Virus record (IMG/VR): IMGVR_UViG_3300032116_000001
Coordinates: 62,001 to 126,000 of that record
Reading direction: 5' to 3' (one strand)
Length of the DNA stretch: 64,000 nucleotides
Position 1 is the first letter of the stretch, and each line of letters opens with the position of its first letter. The notes beneath the pieces were generated by a model that was given only the letters and a program-made list of their open reading frames with translations, was not told where the DNA came from and did not search any database. The position numbers and the translations under genes are program-made. Shown in pieces: positions 45,578 to 55,800 of the stretch.

Positions 45578-46123
45578 ATAAACAACAACAATAATAATCG
45601 CAAATCGCGGCGAGAGCCGCCTCCGAACATTAATGAGCGTCTTCTCCGATTTGGAGAAATCAGAGTCATTAATGCAGATGGTGATCAAATAGGTATAATG
45701 ACGTCAAGAAAGGCGCTAGACTTGGCCTTGGAAGATGGCCTTGACTTGATTTTAATTGCTGAGTCTGCAAAGCCTCCTGTATGCAAAATTGCCGATTATG
45801 GTAAGCATAAATACATTGAGGCGAAGCGCAAGAAAACAAGCAACAGTAAAAAACCTCAAGAAACCAAGAGTCTTAAAATTAGCCCGAGAATTTCTGATCA
45901 CGATTTAGGTATTACGGCTAAAAAAGCCTCTAACTTTTTGGAGCATGGAGATAAAGTTAGACTAATGTGTTTATTCAAGGCCCGTGAGCTTTCGCACCCA
46001 GCGCTTGGAAAAGAAAGACTGGCAAAGCTTATTGATTGTCTTTCCAGCTCTGCAATACCCGAGGGTGAGCCTTTGTTGGAAGGCAAAGTAATGGCCGTGG
46101 TTTTGCGGCCCAAAGATAATTAA
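45578..46123 (+). CDS. infC: Translation initiation factor IF-3
   Basis: INER...IRVI..DG.QIGIM...LDL..IA..AKPPVCKIADYGKHKY...GDKVR. Probable ATA start at 45578 behind AAGGAAGG; alternative TTG at 45548. Confidence 0.92.
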   Translation: MNNNNNNRKSRREPPPNINERLLRFGEIRVINADGDQIGIMTSRKALDLALEDGLDLILIAESAKPPVCKIADYGKHKYIEAKRKKTSNSKKPQETKSLKISPRISDHDLGITAKKASNFLEHGDKVRLMCLFKARELSHPALGKERLAKLIDCLSSSAIPEGEPLLEGKVMAVVLRPKDN

Positions 46124-46138
46124 CGCACTCCAAAGCAC

Positions 46139-46180
46139 ACACAAAAAACATCATCTGTAAAAAGATGATGTTTTTTGTGT
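46139..46180 (+). terminator. Terminator after infC
   Basis: ACACAAAAAACATCATCT / AGATGATGTTTTTTGTGT. Confidence 0.7.
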
Positions 46181-46246
46181 TCAGATGATGCAGAATGCAC
46201 GAAAAACTATAAATGAGTATTTCTTCAGCGGAGAAAAAATCACATT

Positions 46247-47335
46247 ATGAGCCTTTATAATAAATACAGACCCTATCATTTTTCTGACGTGGCACAGGAG
46301 CATGTCTCTCGTGTGCTCAAGGCGCAAATTGCCACTGGAAACCACGTCAGTACTTATCTTTTTTCAGGTCCTCCAGGAACTGGTAAAACCACCCTTGCCA
46401 GAATTATGGCAATGGCTTTAATGTGTGAAAAAAGAATCGACGGCGAAAGCGAACCTGACCCAAGCAGCAAGTCTTCACAAATGATTCGAGAAGATCGCCA
46501 TCGCGATGTTATTGAGGTTAACTGTGCAACAAATGGCGGTGTTAATGAGATGCGAGAGCTAATTGCCGAAAAGATGCGCATTCAGCCATCAATGGGGAAT
46601 TATCGTGTGTTTATTTTGGACGAAGCACACATGCTTTCTACGGCTGCGCAAAACTCATTACTGAAAATCATGGAGGAACCGCCAAAGCATGTAGTTTTCT
46701 TTTTGTGCACAACTGATCCTCATAAAGTTTTGCCAGCAATACGCTCTCGCTGTCAGCATCATATGTTAAATCGCGTCTCTAACACAGATTGCAAGGAGAT
46801 TTTGCAAAAAGTTGTAAAAGAAGAATCGATGACCGCTGAAAATGCGGCCTTGGATGTTATCATTGATGCATCTCAGGGTAGCGTTCGGACTGCATTAGTC
46901 ATCCTAGAGCAAGTATCGCTAATCGGCGTGACAGAAGACAATGTCCGCGCTGTATTAGGACGTGGCCCAAAGGGGTTGGCAATTGATCTTTTAAAATCAA
47001 TTGGTAATTCAAACCATGGAGAAGCTTTTAGAATAATTAAATCTGCTCATGCTGAGGGTCGTGACTTAGGCGCACTTTTGGAGGACGCGAGTAGAATTTT
47101 AATGACTATGGCTGAATACAGGTTGCTCAAGGTTGACAAATCGGAACGAGACCCAGAGATTGCTGAAATGATTTCTGTTTTTCGAGGCCCTCAGATAGTG
47201 GAAATCACCAATCAACTTTTAGAAATCGCTAATAAGATACGGCAAAATGTGGCAGCAGATTTGGTAGTTCAATCAGGCTTGCTGCGGATTATTGATAGGT
47301 TTGCAAAGATTAAGGAAGCGCAAGCGGTAGTTTAA
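46247..47335 (+). CDS. dnaX: DNA polymerase III clamp loader subunit gamma/tau (short, gamma-like)
   Basis: LYNKYRP, GPPGTGKTT, DEAHML, LLKIMEEPP, IRSRC. Confidence 0.93.
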   Translation: MSLYNKYRPYHFSDVAQEHVSRVLKAQIATGNHVSTYLFSGPPGTGKTTLARIMAMALMCEKRIDGESEPDPSSKSSQMIREDRHRDVIEVNCATNGGVNEMRELIAEKMRIQPSMGNYRVFILDEAHMLSTAAQNSLLKIMEEPPKHVVFFLCTTDPHKVLPAIRSRCQHHMLNRVSNTDCKEILQKVVKEESMTAENAALDVIIDASQGSVRTALVILEQVSLIGVTEDNVRAVLGRGPKGLAIDLLKSIGNSNHGEAFRIIKSAHAEGRDLGALLEDASRILMTMAEYRLLKVDKSERDPEIAEMISVFRGPQIVEITNQLLEIANKIRQNVAADLVVQSGLLRIIDRFAKIKEAQAVV

Positions 47336-47409
47336 CTCCTCTGAGGCTTCAAACGACCAGGCAAACATTAATTTGCCACAGGGAGGTTTAAAAGCCGTGA
47401 GGAGCAAAA

Positions 47410-48102
47410 TTGGGACAAGACCTATATATATTACAACTAGTTAGAAGGGCCAAAACTGGAGATGAGCGAGCTTTTTCTAGGCTCCTGGATGAAATAGAGC
47501 CAGACCTTAAAAAGGTCGCTCATCAATATTTTATTCAAGGACAAGACAAAGAAGATGTTCTTCAAGAACTAAGAATTGCAGTCTATAAGGCCGTGGGTTC
47601 CTATGATGAATCCCAAAACACTACGTTTAAAAGCTTTTGCATCAATCTTGTGTGTAAAAGGCATATATCCACGGCAATACATTCTGCACTAAGACACAAA
47701 AACAAAACTCTCAACAATGCAGTATCTCTTGATGCTCCAGTGATAATGGGTGATGATGGAAATATGCAATCTCTATCCGAGTTCATTCCTGACAGAGACA
47801 ATCCTTTGGAAGAAGACCTTGGTGATCGAAATATATTAGACGATTTGATATCCAGAGAGGAGCTTGAGGACAACCGCAAGCTTCTTGCGCCAAGGCTTAC
47901 ATCATTAGAGGGCAGGATTTTTGAGCAATATGGCCACAGCTCTTCGTATAAGGATATTGCAGAGGCATTGGGAATAGAACCCAAATGTGTTGACAATGCT
48001 CTTATGAGGATACGCAAAAAAGCCAGTGAAGTTTTTGACCAAACAGACCCAGGCAGCAATGTCAAAGATAGCGGCCCCAAAAAAAGAAGAAAACGAATTT
48101 AA
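47410..48102 (+). CDS. sigH: RNA polymerase sigma factor, SigH (Spo0H)-like
   Basis: YFIQGQDKEDVLQE...FKSF...KR.I.TAI..A.R.K.K.LN..VSLD...SYKDIAE...KCVDNALMRIRKK; TTG start with SD GAGGAG. Confidence 0.85.
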   Translation: MGQDLYILQLVRRAKTGDERAFSRLLDEIEPDLKKVAHQYFIQGQDKEDVLQELRIAVYKAVGSYDESQNTTFKSFCINLVCKRHISTAIHSALRHKNKTLNNAVSLDAPVIMGDDGNMQSLSEFIPDRDNPLEEDLGDRNILDDLISREELEDNRKLLAPRLTSLEGRIFEQYGHSSSYKDIAEALGIEPKCVDNALMRIRKKASEVFDQTDPGSNVKDSGPKKRRKRI

Positions 48103-48194
48103 AACCGTTTCATATTCGCGCAAAATTAACTAAGAAAGATAAATAGCTATGTCAAAGTACATCAAGCTATTTATCTTTTGAATTTAGAGGCAAT

Positions 48195-49361
48195 ATGAAA
48201 TTTACCCTTACACGATCTACTGCTTTAACAGTGTTAAAGCAAGCACTAAAAACTTGCAATACTAAGGCAAAGGGGCAGGCTGATTCTGAGTTCCTTTTTA
48301 AGCCAGATGACAATGCCTTGTTGGTTACATCACTTAATGAAACATCGGAGCAAAATATTGTTTTACAGTGCAGCGACCTAGAATTTGAACAGGGAGAGAG
48401 CTTCTCCGTGTCGGGGCAGGCTCTTGTAGAATTTCTGCAACAATTCCCCGAAGAAGAGGTAAAGTGTCTTTACAACCCTGATGACTCATCGTTTGTTATA
48501 GGAAGTAAGAAAACTAGATTTGCATTTCCTACTGGTTCGGGATCAGATTTTGTTCCCTTTAATTTTCAGTCTCATGGTAAGGCAATTGAGCTGCCCAGCA
48601 GCTCGTTAAGAGAGGTTTTGAAATCGACCGCCTTCGCTGCATCTCACGACTATACACAAGCTCCATTAACGGCGGTGCATTTAAAAATTGCCGATGATGA
48701 AATCGTTGCCGAGGCCTGCGACACATTGCGCATAAGCAGGCATGTCACGCAAGTAAGCAGCTTGTCGGACGAAGCCGAATTGCTTCTTCCTTATGAAACA
48801 GCAGAAAATTTAGTTTCTCTTATTGAAGACGTGGGCGACATTACCATACAGCCTGGCCAACGTCATGTAAGATTTGCATGGGGCGACACAACATTCACGT
48901 CAACTTTGGAAAACACCATTGGGAAACCATATCCTGAGCTTTCCAAATTTATGCAAGGCAAAGAAATTGGAAGAGTCAAAATCAGTAAGGGGAACCTTTC
49001 CACATCACTAAAGCTGGCAGGTTTAGTAGCAAAAGATTCCTATGTTAATGTTGTTATTAAGCCGCTAGATAAGGATGGTCTGGGCGGAGGGCTTGTTATA
49101 TCAGCCAATGAGCAAGCTGGCATGAGCCTGGATACATTAATTGTTCAAGAGCAATCTGGCGAAGCAGAGGTAAATGTGGCGCATAGATTTTTCTCTAAGG
49201 CTGTAGATTTTGTTAACAATCCCTGGGTGATTATTTCTTTCAGAGAATTAAAAGAAAACACCATCGCCTTGGTGTTGGTAGACGGTGGGTTTGAGCACCT
49301 GATATTCCCAGTCACCCCAAATGCAACCCCAGATGTTGAAGATGAAGAATCAGAAGATTAA
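48195..49361 (+). CDS. dnaN: DNA polymerase III beta sliding clamp
   Basis: 388 aa; TAFAAS, ACDTLRI, KPYPEL, LIFPV; between dnaX and the delta-like gene. Confidence 0.8.
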   Translation: MKFTLTRSTALTVLKQALKTCNTKAKGQADSEFLFKPDDNALLVTSLNETSEQNIVLQCSDLEFEQGESFSVSGQALVEFLQQFPEEEVKCLYNPDDSSFVIGSKKTRFAFPTGSGSDFVPFNFQSHGKAIELPSSSLREVLKSTAFAASHDYTQAPLTAVHLKIADDEIVAEACDTLRISRHVTQVSSLSDEAELLLPYETAENLVSLIEDVGDITIQPGQRHVRFAWGDTTFTSTLENTIGKPYPELSKFMQGKEIGRVKISKGNLSTSLKLAGLVAKDSYVNVVIKPLDKDGLGGGLVISANEQAGMSLDTLIVQEQSGEAEVNVAHRFFSKAVDFVNNPWVIISFRELKENTIALVLVDGGFEHLIFPVTPNATPDVEDEESED

Positions 49362-50469
49362 CAGCCATAATAAGCAATGGGAAAAAGTTTATGTTGTATG
49401 TGGCGATCCTCTATTAAGTAGATTATTTATTCAGGGCATACAAGAAGACTTGAATACGCCATCAAAAAGAACATTTGACAAGGGAGATTCACCTAAGTCC
49501 ATTGTTAATGCACTTAAAGCTTTTGTAATGTTTGATACGCCAGATATGGTGGTGATTTACGACCCAAGCGCAGAGCAGATGCGAACTATTGAATCTTTTT
49601 TGGACGCGGAAGTTATGACAGCTTCCGCGTTGGTAATTGCCACATTGGGGGATTTGCCAGATGGAAGGTCCAAATTTATTCAAAAAGCAGAAAAACAAAA
49701 AAGAGTATTTTTTATGTCGCCGATTGAATACAAGGACACAAAAAGTCTTAAATCACATTTGCTTGAATGGGCGGAAGATGCACAAGTGTCCTTTGATAAA
49801 GACGCAATTAATTGGATATTATCGAATGCTCCTGCATGTGTGGGAAAGATCAAATCACCCAGTGGCAAAAAAGATTGCGAAGTTTATGATTTGCAATCTA
49901 TTGAAAATGAATTAGAAAAAATTAAAGTAATCAATAGCCTGGGAAATTACAAAATATGTGTTGCTGATCTTGAAAAGTATGTAAGATTTGATTATTACAT
50001 TGATATTTGGAGTTTTATTAATGTGGCAATTTCAAATGGCTCAAATGCAGGCGATGCATTAAAAATGATCCAGATTATTGCCAATAGTCAGGGCACTCAA
50101 GCTGCCTTGATCCTATTGGCATCTCAAATAGAATTTTTACTTTGCATTAAGTCATTGCAAAATAGAAATATTCAAAAAGCCGAGGCAATAGCAGAATTCA
50201 TGTCCATGGATTCCTATTTAGGTCGTTATCTTTTGCCCGATTGGACAGAAATTAACGAAATACCAACTTTACCCAAGCCGAATGCATGGCGCATTCGCAA
50301 GGCCATTGAATCGCCGATTCCCTCGACCGAGCGATTATCTTTATTGTATCAATCAGTATTATCGGCCATTCGTGATTTAAGATCGGGGCTGGATGAAAGA
50401 ATTGTTCTTCCGTATCTTGCTCTTTGCCTGGGCGGGCATAATTCCTATATCACACCCCTTAAACAATAG
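49321..50469 (+). CDS. Clamp loader delta (HolA)-like subunit
   Basis: VYVVCGD, DGRSKF, FDKDAINWIL, LQSIENELEKI, IWSFIN pattern. Confidence 0.6.
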   Translation: MQPQMLKMKNQKINSHNKQWEKVYVVCGDPLLSRLFIQGIQEDLNTPSKRTFDKGDSPKSIVNALKAFVMFDTPDMVVIYDPSAEQMRTIESFLDAEVMTASALVIATLGDLPDGRSKFIQKAEKQKRVFFMSPIEYKDTKSLKSHLLEWAEDAQVSFDKDAINWILSNAPACVGKIKSPSGKKDCEVYDLQSIENELEKIKVINSLGNYKICVADLEKYVRFDYYIDIWSFINVAISNGSNAGDALKMIQIIANSQGTQAALILLASQIEFLLCIKSLQNRNIQKAEAIAEFMSMDSYLGRYLLPDWTEINEIPTLPKPNAWRIRKAIESPIPSTERLSLLYQSVLSAIRDLRSGLDERIVLPYLALCLGGHNSYITPLKQ

Positions 50470-50529
50470 GTTCAAATCTTAGATTTGAAGAATTATATTG
50501 AGGAATTAATAAGTTTCGGAGGTAGTTTT

Positions 50530-51120
50530 GTGGAAGCCCATTATCAATATATTAATGATTTAGTAACAAAATCACAAAATGGGGACACAAATGCTTTGTC
50601 AGATATTGCAGAATTTTATAGCCCGCTCATATCTGCATCTATCCAAAGATGTATTCTTAGAGAACCCAGGCTTTTGAGATTCAAAGAAGATGTTGAAGCA
50701 GAAGTTTTTTTAATCCTTAAAAAGCTTGTAGAGAATTACGATCCCAATTTGTCTTATTTTTCTTATTATATATCCACTCGTTTAGATTATGCAATTATCA
50801 ATCAGTGTAGGCAAACAATCCTGGGCCTTAAATCTAATTCTCGATTCTGTGAGGAAGTTTCTTTTTCTGATATATCAGAAGATTTAGATATTGTCAACCA
50901 TGATGATCCTTTTGGTAAAATTCATGTTGCGCAGGCAATTCAAGGGGCGATTGATAAATTGAATCCTCGACAAAAAGAAGCAATAGAAGCTTACTTTTTT
51001 GACAACTTAACTCAGCAAGAAGCCGCGAAAAAACTTGGCATTACACAAGCTTCGTTTTGTAAAAGGCTTCAGCGAGGCCTGAACAGCATGAGAGAATTAT
51101 TATCCGAAGATTTTATTTAA
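50530..51120 (+). CDS. Sigma-70 family factor (regions 2 and 4)
   Basis: YSPLI, EDVEAE, YDPNLSYFSYYI, LNPRQKEAI...LTQQEAAKKLGITQ; GTG start with SD GGAGGT. Confidence 0.85.
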   Translation: MEAHYQYINDLVTKSQNGDTNALSDIAEFYSPLISASIQRCILREPRLLRFKEDVEAEVFLILKKLVENYDPNLSYFSYYISTRLDYAIINQCRQTILGLKSNSRFCEEVSFSDISEDLDIVNHDDPFGKIHVAQAIQGAIDKLNPRQKEAIEAYFFDNLTQQEAAKKLGITQASFCKRLQRGLNSMRELLSEDFI

Positions 51121-51297
51121 CAAAAGGAATATTTTTCACAATTTAATCCAACTATATTTCTATGCCGCATATTTTTATGGCAAATTTTGTCATAAAAATA
51201 TATTAACATATGTTTTAGCAGGATTTTGCTCAATCAATATGAAAATATATTATGCGGAGTATTTGAGGGACAATCCTTCGCCAAGGAGATTCAAGAC

Positions 51298-52023
51298 GTG
51301 TTTGCCGCCAAAGATGCTGATATCATCTACAACTGGAAAAATGAACTTCGCCAAACCAATAAAGGTGAAAAGACCGTAGCTGCACAAAGCGCATTAGATT
51401 TGCAAAGACGAGGCTTTAGCGCAGCGGAGGCCATAGAATTGCTAGCTGCCGACAAGTTTGGGCTCGATGTTGCCGAAAGCGCAGTTTATGAAATTTATGG
51501 CAAAGAGCAGCGGGAAGCTAGAAAAAACATTGTAAAAACCGCGATGGTCGTGCCAACATCTTATAATGACGTTGCTCCCATCATTGAGGAAACACTTTCG
51601 AGACTTTCTCCGAAAGAATTTGTCCATAAATTGGCTAGAAGCGAAATGCCAATTTTAAGAGTGTCTTCAAAAAACATCGAATCTTGGTACAGGCTCGCCA
51701 CGGCTGCTAAGGAATACGGCGGGCATGCTATGACCGTGTTGCATTCAGAACTTCGGCCCTGGGTTGAAGAAACTATGCTTAAATCAGTTCTTATCGCAGA
51801 AAAAGAAAACTCAAGTATTCAGAGGCTTTCTTCTGACAGAAAACAATTTAGAGTTGCCATGCAAAAAGAATCAGCAGATGTGGACTTGGACATGGGCGTT
51901 TCCACGGGAACAAGATTCCAGAAAGGCAATTTTTCTGACTTTGGCCTAGCTGATGAATTTATGATCCAGGCTGCTGATCATTCATCGCCTTATGAGCGCT
52001 TAAAACGCGCACTTAGCATGTAA
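51298..52023 (+). CDS. Hypothetical protein (late region)
   Basis: GTG start behind AAGGAG; AGGA-N17-GAAAAT promoter at 51220. Confidence 0.65.
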   Translation: MFAAKDADIIYNWKNELRQTNKGEKTVAAQSALDLQRRGFSAAEAIELLAADKFGLDVAESAVYEIYGKEQREARKNIVKTAMVVPTSYNDVAPIIEETLSRLSPKEFVHKLARSEMPILRVSSKNIESWYRLATAAKEYGGHAMTVLHSELRPWVEETMLKSVLIAEKENSSIQRLSSDRKQFRVAMQKESADVDLDMGVSTGTRFQKGNFSDFGLADEFMIQAADHSSPYERLKRALSM

Positions 52024-52034
52024 ATAAAAGTATC

Positions 52035-52090
52035 ATAATCAAACTCTGTTTCTGATTTTCAGATTAAAACAGAGTTTGATTATTTTTTTT
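52035..52090 (+). terminator. Terminator after 51298..52023
   Basis: ATAATCAAACTCTGTTT / AAACAGAGTTTGATTAT followed by a T run. Confidence 0.7.
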
Positions 52091-52148
52091 TAGACATGCT
52101 TTTTAAATTGTATAAAAAGCAATAGTTTAATAAGGAGACGGCAGCGAT

Positions 52149-52892
52149 TTGAGCGATAATGATCAGGAAAACTTTGACAGTCAAGAAATTATTGACGATC
52201 AAAGTAAAATAATAGATGTTTTAGACCTAGAAGATAAACAATCATTATCTATGCCCGAGGTGTCTGATGAAGAACTTAGGTTATTCAGAGACTTAAAAGA
52301 TGGGGAGAAGCCAATTATACCTATCCCAAAGGAATACCCCCTTTCTATTCACTATCCCCAATTTACTGAAAAAAGATGCGCAATTTGCTCTAGTCCATTC
52401 AGGGACCTTGCAGAACACGTATACATACACAATGCAAAAAAACCACAAGAAGTTATAAAGTTCTTTGAAAGACATTTTAATGCAAAGCTTAATTGGACAC
52501 AGGTCCAAAATCACATGGAAAGCCACTGCAATTTAAGAAACATTGCAGTTAAAGGCCTTGAAACATATCGCAACCGTGAAGAAGACGTTGCTGAATGGAT
52601 GGGCAGAGAGTATTATTTAGTAATGTTGGCGCTTTTAAGTGAACTTGACTCTGTTGCTGGTATCGATTGTTCAAAAAATCCCGAGCTTAAACTAAAAAGA
52701 GCCAGCATGGTAGAAAGACTGACAACAAAAATCAGGGAGCTTAAGAAAGACATGGATGATGTTATGGGAGCATTTAACATCTTTGAAATTTTGCTGAATT
52801 TGCACAATCAAATGGAAAGTGAATTTGATAAAAAAATGATTCGAGACGTAACCAGCGAATTAAGAAAGAAACTTCAAGAAAGACAAGGATAA
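52149..52892 (+). CDS. Putative terminase small subunit / zinc-HTH protein
   Basis: CAIC...NHMESH; helical C-terminus; immediately upstream of TerL. Confidence 0.5.
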   Translation: MSDNDQENFDSQEIIDDQSKIIDVLDLEDKQSLSMPEVSDEELRLFRDLKDGEKPIIPIPKEYPLSIHYPQFTEKRCAICSSPFRDLAEHVYIHNAKKPQEVIKFFERHFNAKLNWTQVQNHMESHCNLRNIAVKGLETYRNREEDVAEWMGREYYLVMLALLSELDSVAGIDCSKNPELKLKRASMVERLTTKIRELKKDMDDVMGAFNIFEILLNLHNQMESEFDKKMIRDVTSELRKKLQERQG

Positions 52893-52896
52893 CCAA

Positions 52897-55800
52897 ATGA
52901 AAAAAGGCAGGCCGTCAAAGCCCGAATATTTAAAGCAAGATAAAAAAACATCTCTAATGCAGCAACTAGCGGCGCTAGAAGATAGTTTTAAAAATCAAGG
53001 ATATGAGGGCGAATATGATGATGAAATTATGCCCAGTGTTCGGGCCGAAGTGATGCCTCCGCCAACGCCAGAAAAAACTAATTATAATCCTGATCAAATC
53101 GTAGATATTGTTACATTTATGGAGCATCCTTATTTTTGTAACCTTAAGCCATATCCGTGGCAAAGGCTTATATTAAAGTGTTTTTATATGGGCCAAGAAG
53201 GCAATACAAATTTAGAAATTCAGGATGTTGACCAAGATGTTCGGGAATCTGGAACTTGTGATGGATGTGTTTGGAAATATGTCCGTAACGATGAAGAAAA
53301 AGTTTACAAAGGCAGAAAAGATGGGAAGCAATTAAGAAATATATTTTCTGTTGTTAACTCTCCGTGTTTAACATGTGAACGATTTGATGACACCTTGCGA
53401 GAAGATAGGTACGTTGCAGCAAGGCACGAGGCAACAAACCCAGACGATTCCAGAAAGATTGACAATCTTATTAAGAGGCCCATATCTGATAATTATGAGA
53501 CAGAATATGATCTTTTGCATGCATCTGAATTTGACCCATTGCTAAGAAAGCAAGTTTTAGACAAATGCACAAATCGTTATAAGTTTCAAGAATTGATTCT
53601 TGTTTTAGGCAGAAGATCGGGCAAGGCCTTGGCCTTAGATACTCCTGTGCTCACTACTAAAGGATGGAAGACTATGGGCACATTGCAAGTCGGCGATTAC
53701 GTGTTTGGCGACGATGGATTTCCCACACGCATCATTGCGGCCACAGAACCTATGGAAGGGCGAATATGCTACAGGATGAGATTCTCCAATGGAGACACAA
53801 TCGTGGCCGATGAACAACATCAGTGGCGTGTCGTAAGCAAGCGCGAGCGCAAAAATCAGCCACGCGCTCGGATTCCTCGCGAGCTGCGCCAAGAAATCAA
53901 AACAACCAAAGAAATAGCTCAAACGCTTTTACATGGACGTTCCCGCACAATAGTGGATTGCAAAACGGGGAAATCTCGCATTATGGGCGCAGAGAGGAAT
54001 TGGTCCGTGGAATTAGCTTCACCTTTGCAAATGCCAGAGGCCGATCTACCTATTGCTCCCTACCTAATGGGAGCTTGGTTAGGAGACGGCTGTTCAACAC
54101 ACGGTCATATAACTAGCAACACAATCGAAGTAATAGATCGCATTCGTGAAACAACTTCCTATAATCCATGGAAGCAAGCTTGCAATCCGTTTGGTTACTG
54201 CATCGGTAAGGACGCAAACGAAGTTTCTTTCAAGGAAAGGCTTCGAGATTTGGGGCTGCTTGGCAAGGGTCGAAAACACATACCTACCGCATATCTTCTT
54301 GCTTCAGAACATCAGCGATTAGAGTTGTTGCGCGGATTGGTGGATACAGATGGTCACGTTTGCGCAAGATCGGGCCGTATCGAGATAACAACTGTTTATG
54401 ACGATCTTGCACGAGGCATTCACTCGCTTGTGTGCTCACTTGGGCAGAAAGCCACCATTTTAACGGGTGATGCTACGCTTAATGGCAAGTTTGTTTCCAA
54501 AAAATACCGCATCTGTTTTACGCCTAGAAATGGATTATTGCCAGCCACACTGTCATACAAGCGGGATCGCGTTAGTCATGCTAAAAAGTCTGATGTCGGT
54601 CGTATATTCATTGAAAAGGTTGAAAAATTGGCGGAATCAGTGCCTGTCCGCTGCATTCAAGTAGATAATGCAAGTAATATGTTCCTGGCTGGCAAAAGTC
54701 TAGTGCCGACGCACAACAGCTTTCTTGTCTCTGTGATGGCTCTTTACGAGTTGTACCGACTGCTTGCAATGGGTCACCCCCAGGCTCGATACGGCTTGAT
54801 GGAGTTTGATGAAATAGTCTTGCTTAATGTGGCCCGAAACGAAGAGCAGGCCAAAAAAGCCATCTTTTCCAAAATCAAACAAACGGTTCTGGCTTCGCCA
54901 TTTTTCCAGCCCTATGTTGGAAAAGACACAGAGCTGGAAATGCGATTCTTTACCGATCATGACAAAAAAGAAAATGAACGTCGGGCCGAAAATGGAATTA
55001 ATTTATTTTCTGGTTCATTAGTACTTAGATGTGGCTCTTCTAATGCCTCTGGATTGGTGGGATTAACTTGTTGGTCAATCATCATGGACGAGGTTGCAGC
55101 CATGGCAGGAGATAATCCTGATTCTGGCCTAGACTATGCACTATATGATGATTTAAAGCCCTCGGGCGCTACCTTTGGTAAAGATTTCAAAATGATGATG
55201 CTATCCAACCCAAAGGGTCCGATAGGGTTGCTTTACGATCTGCATGAAAATCGCCAAGATGATCCGACAACACTTGTAATGCGGCTTGCAACCTGGTTGA
55301 CAAACCCCAGCATCGACCAAGAGTGGCTTGAAGAACAAAAGCGCAAAGACCCCACTGAGTTCCAGATGCAATTTGGTGCAGAATTTGGGGCTGCATCAAG
55401 TGATCCGATGTTCACAGTGGATCAAGTGAATGGCATGTGGGCTATGACCTCAACAACGCCACGGGCCGAACATGGCCAGCCGCTTATTGAATATTACGCT
55501 CACCTTGATCCAGCGAGAACAAGCGACTATTATGCATTAGTGGTCTCTCACGCTGAACAAATTTATCCAATTCAAATCGGGCCAGATAATAAGCCATTAA
55601 AGCGAGTTGTTATTGATCATATACATTTTTGGAATCCCCGCACAAAGAATCAGCCCGTCTCTGAAAAAGAAGTGGAAGATTATTTAATAGAATTGCATCA
55701 AAAATTTAAGTTTAAGCAAGTAAGTTTTGACCAATGGCATAGTCAATCATCAATCATTAGACTAAAGAGCATGGGCATTAATGCCGTTGAAAGACAATTT

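Noticed and set aside
45578-45600. AAC/AAT microsatellite as a phase-variation tract
   Set aside because: In-frame, mixed-codon poly-Asn at the IF-3 N-terminus; not a slippage switch.
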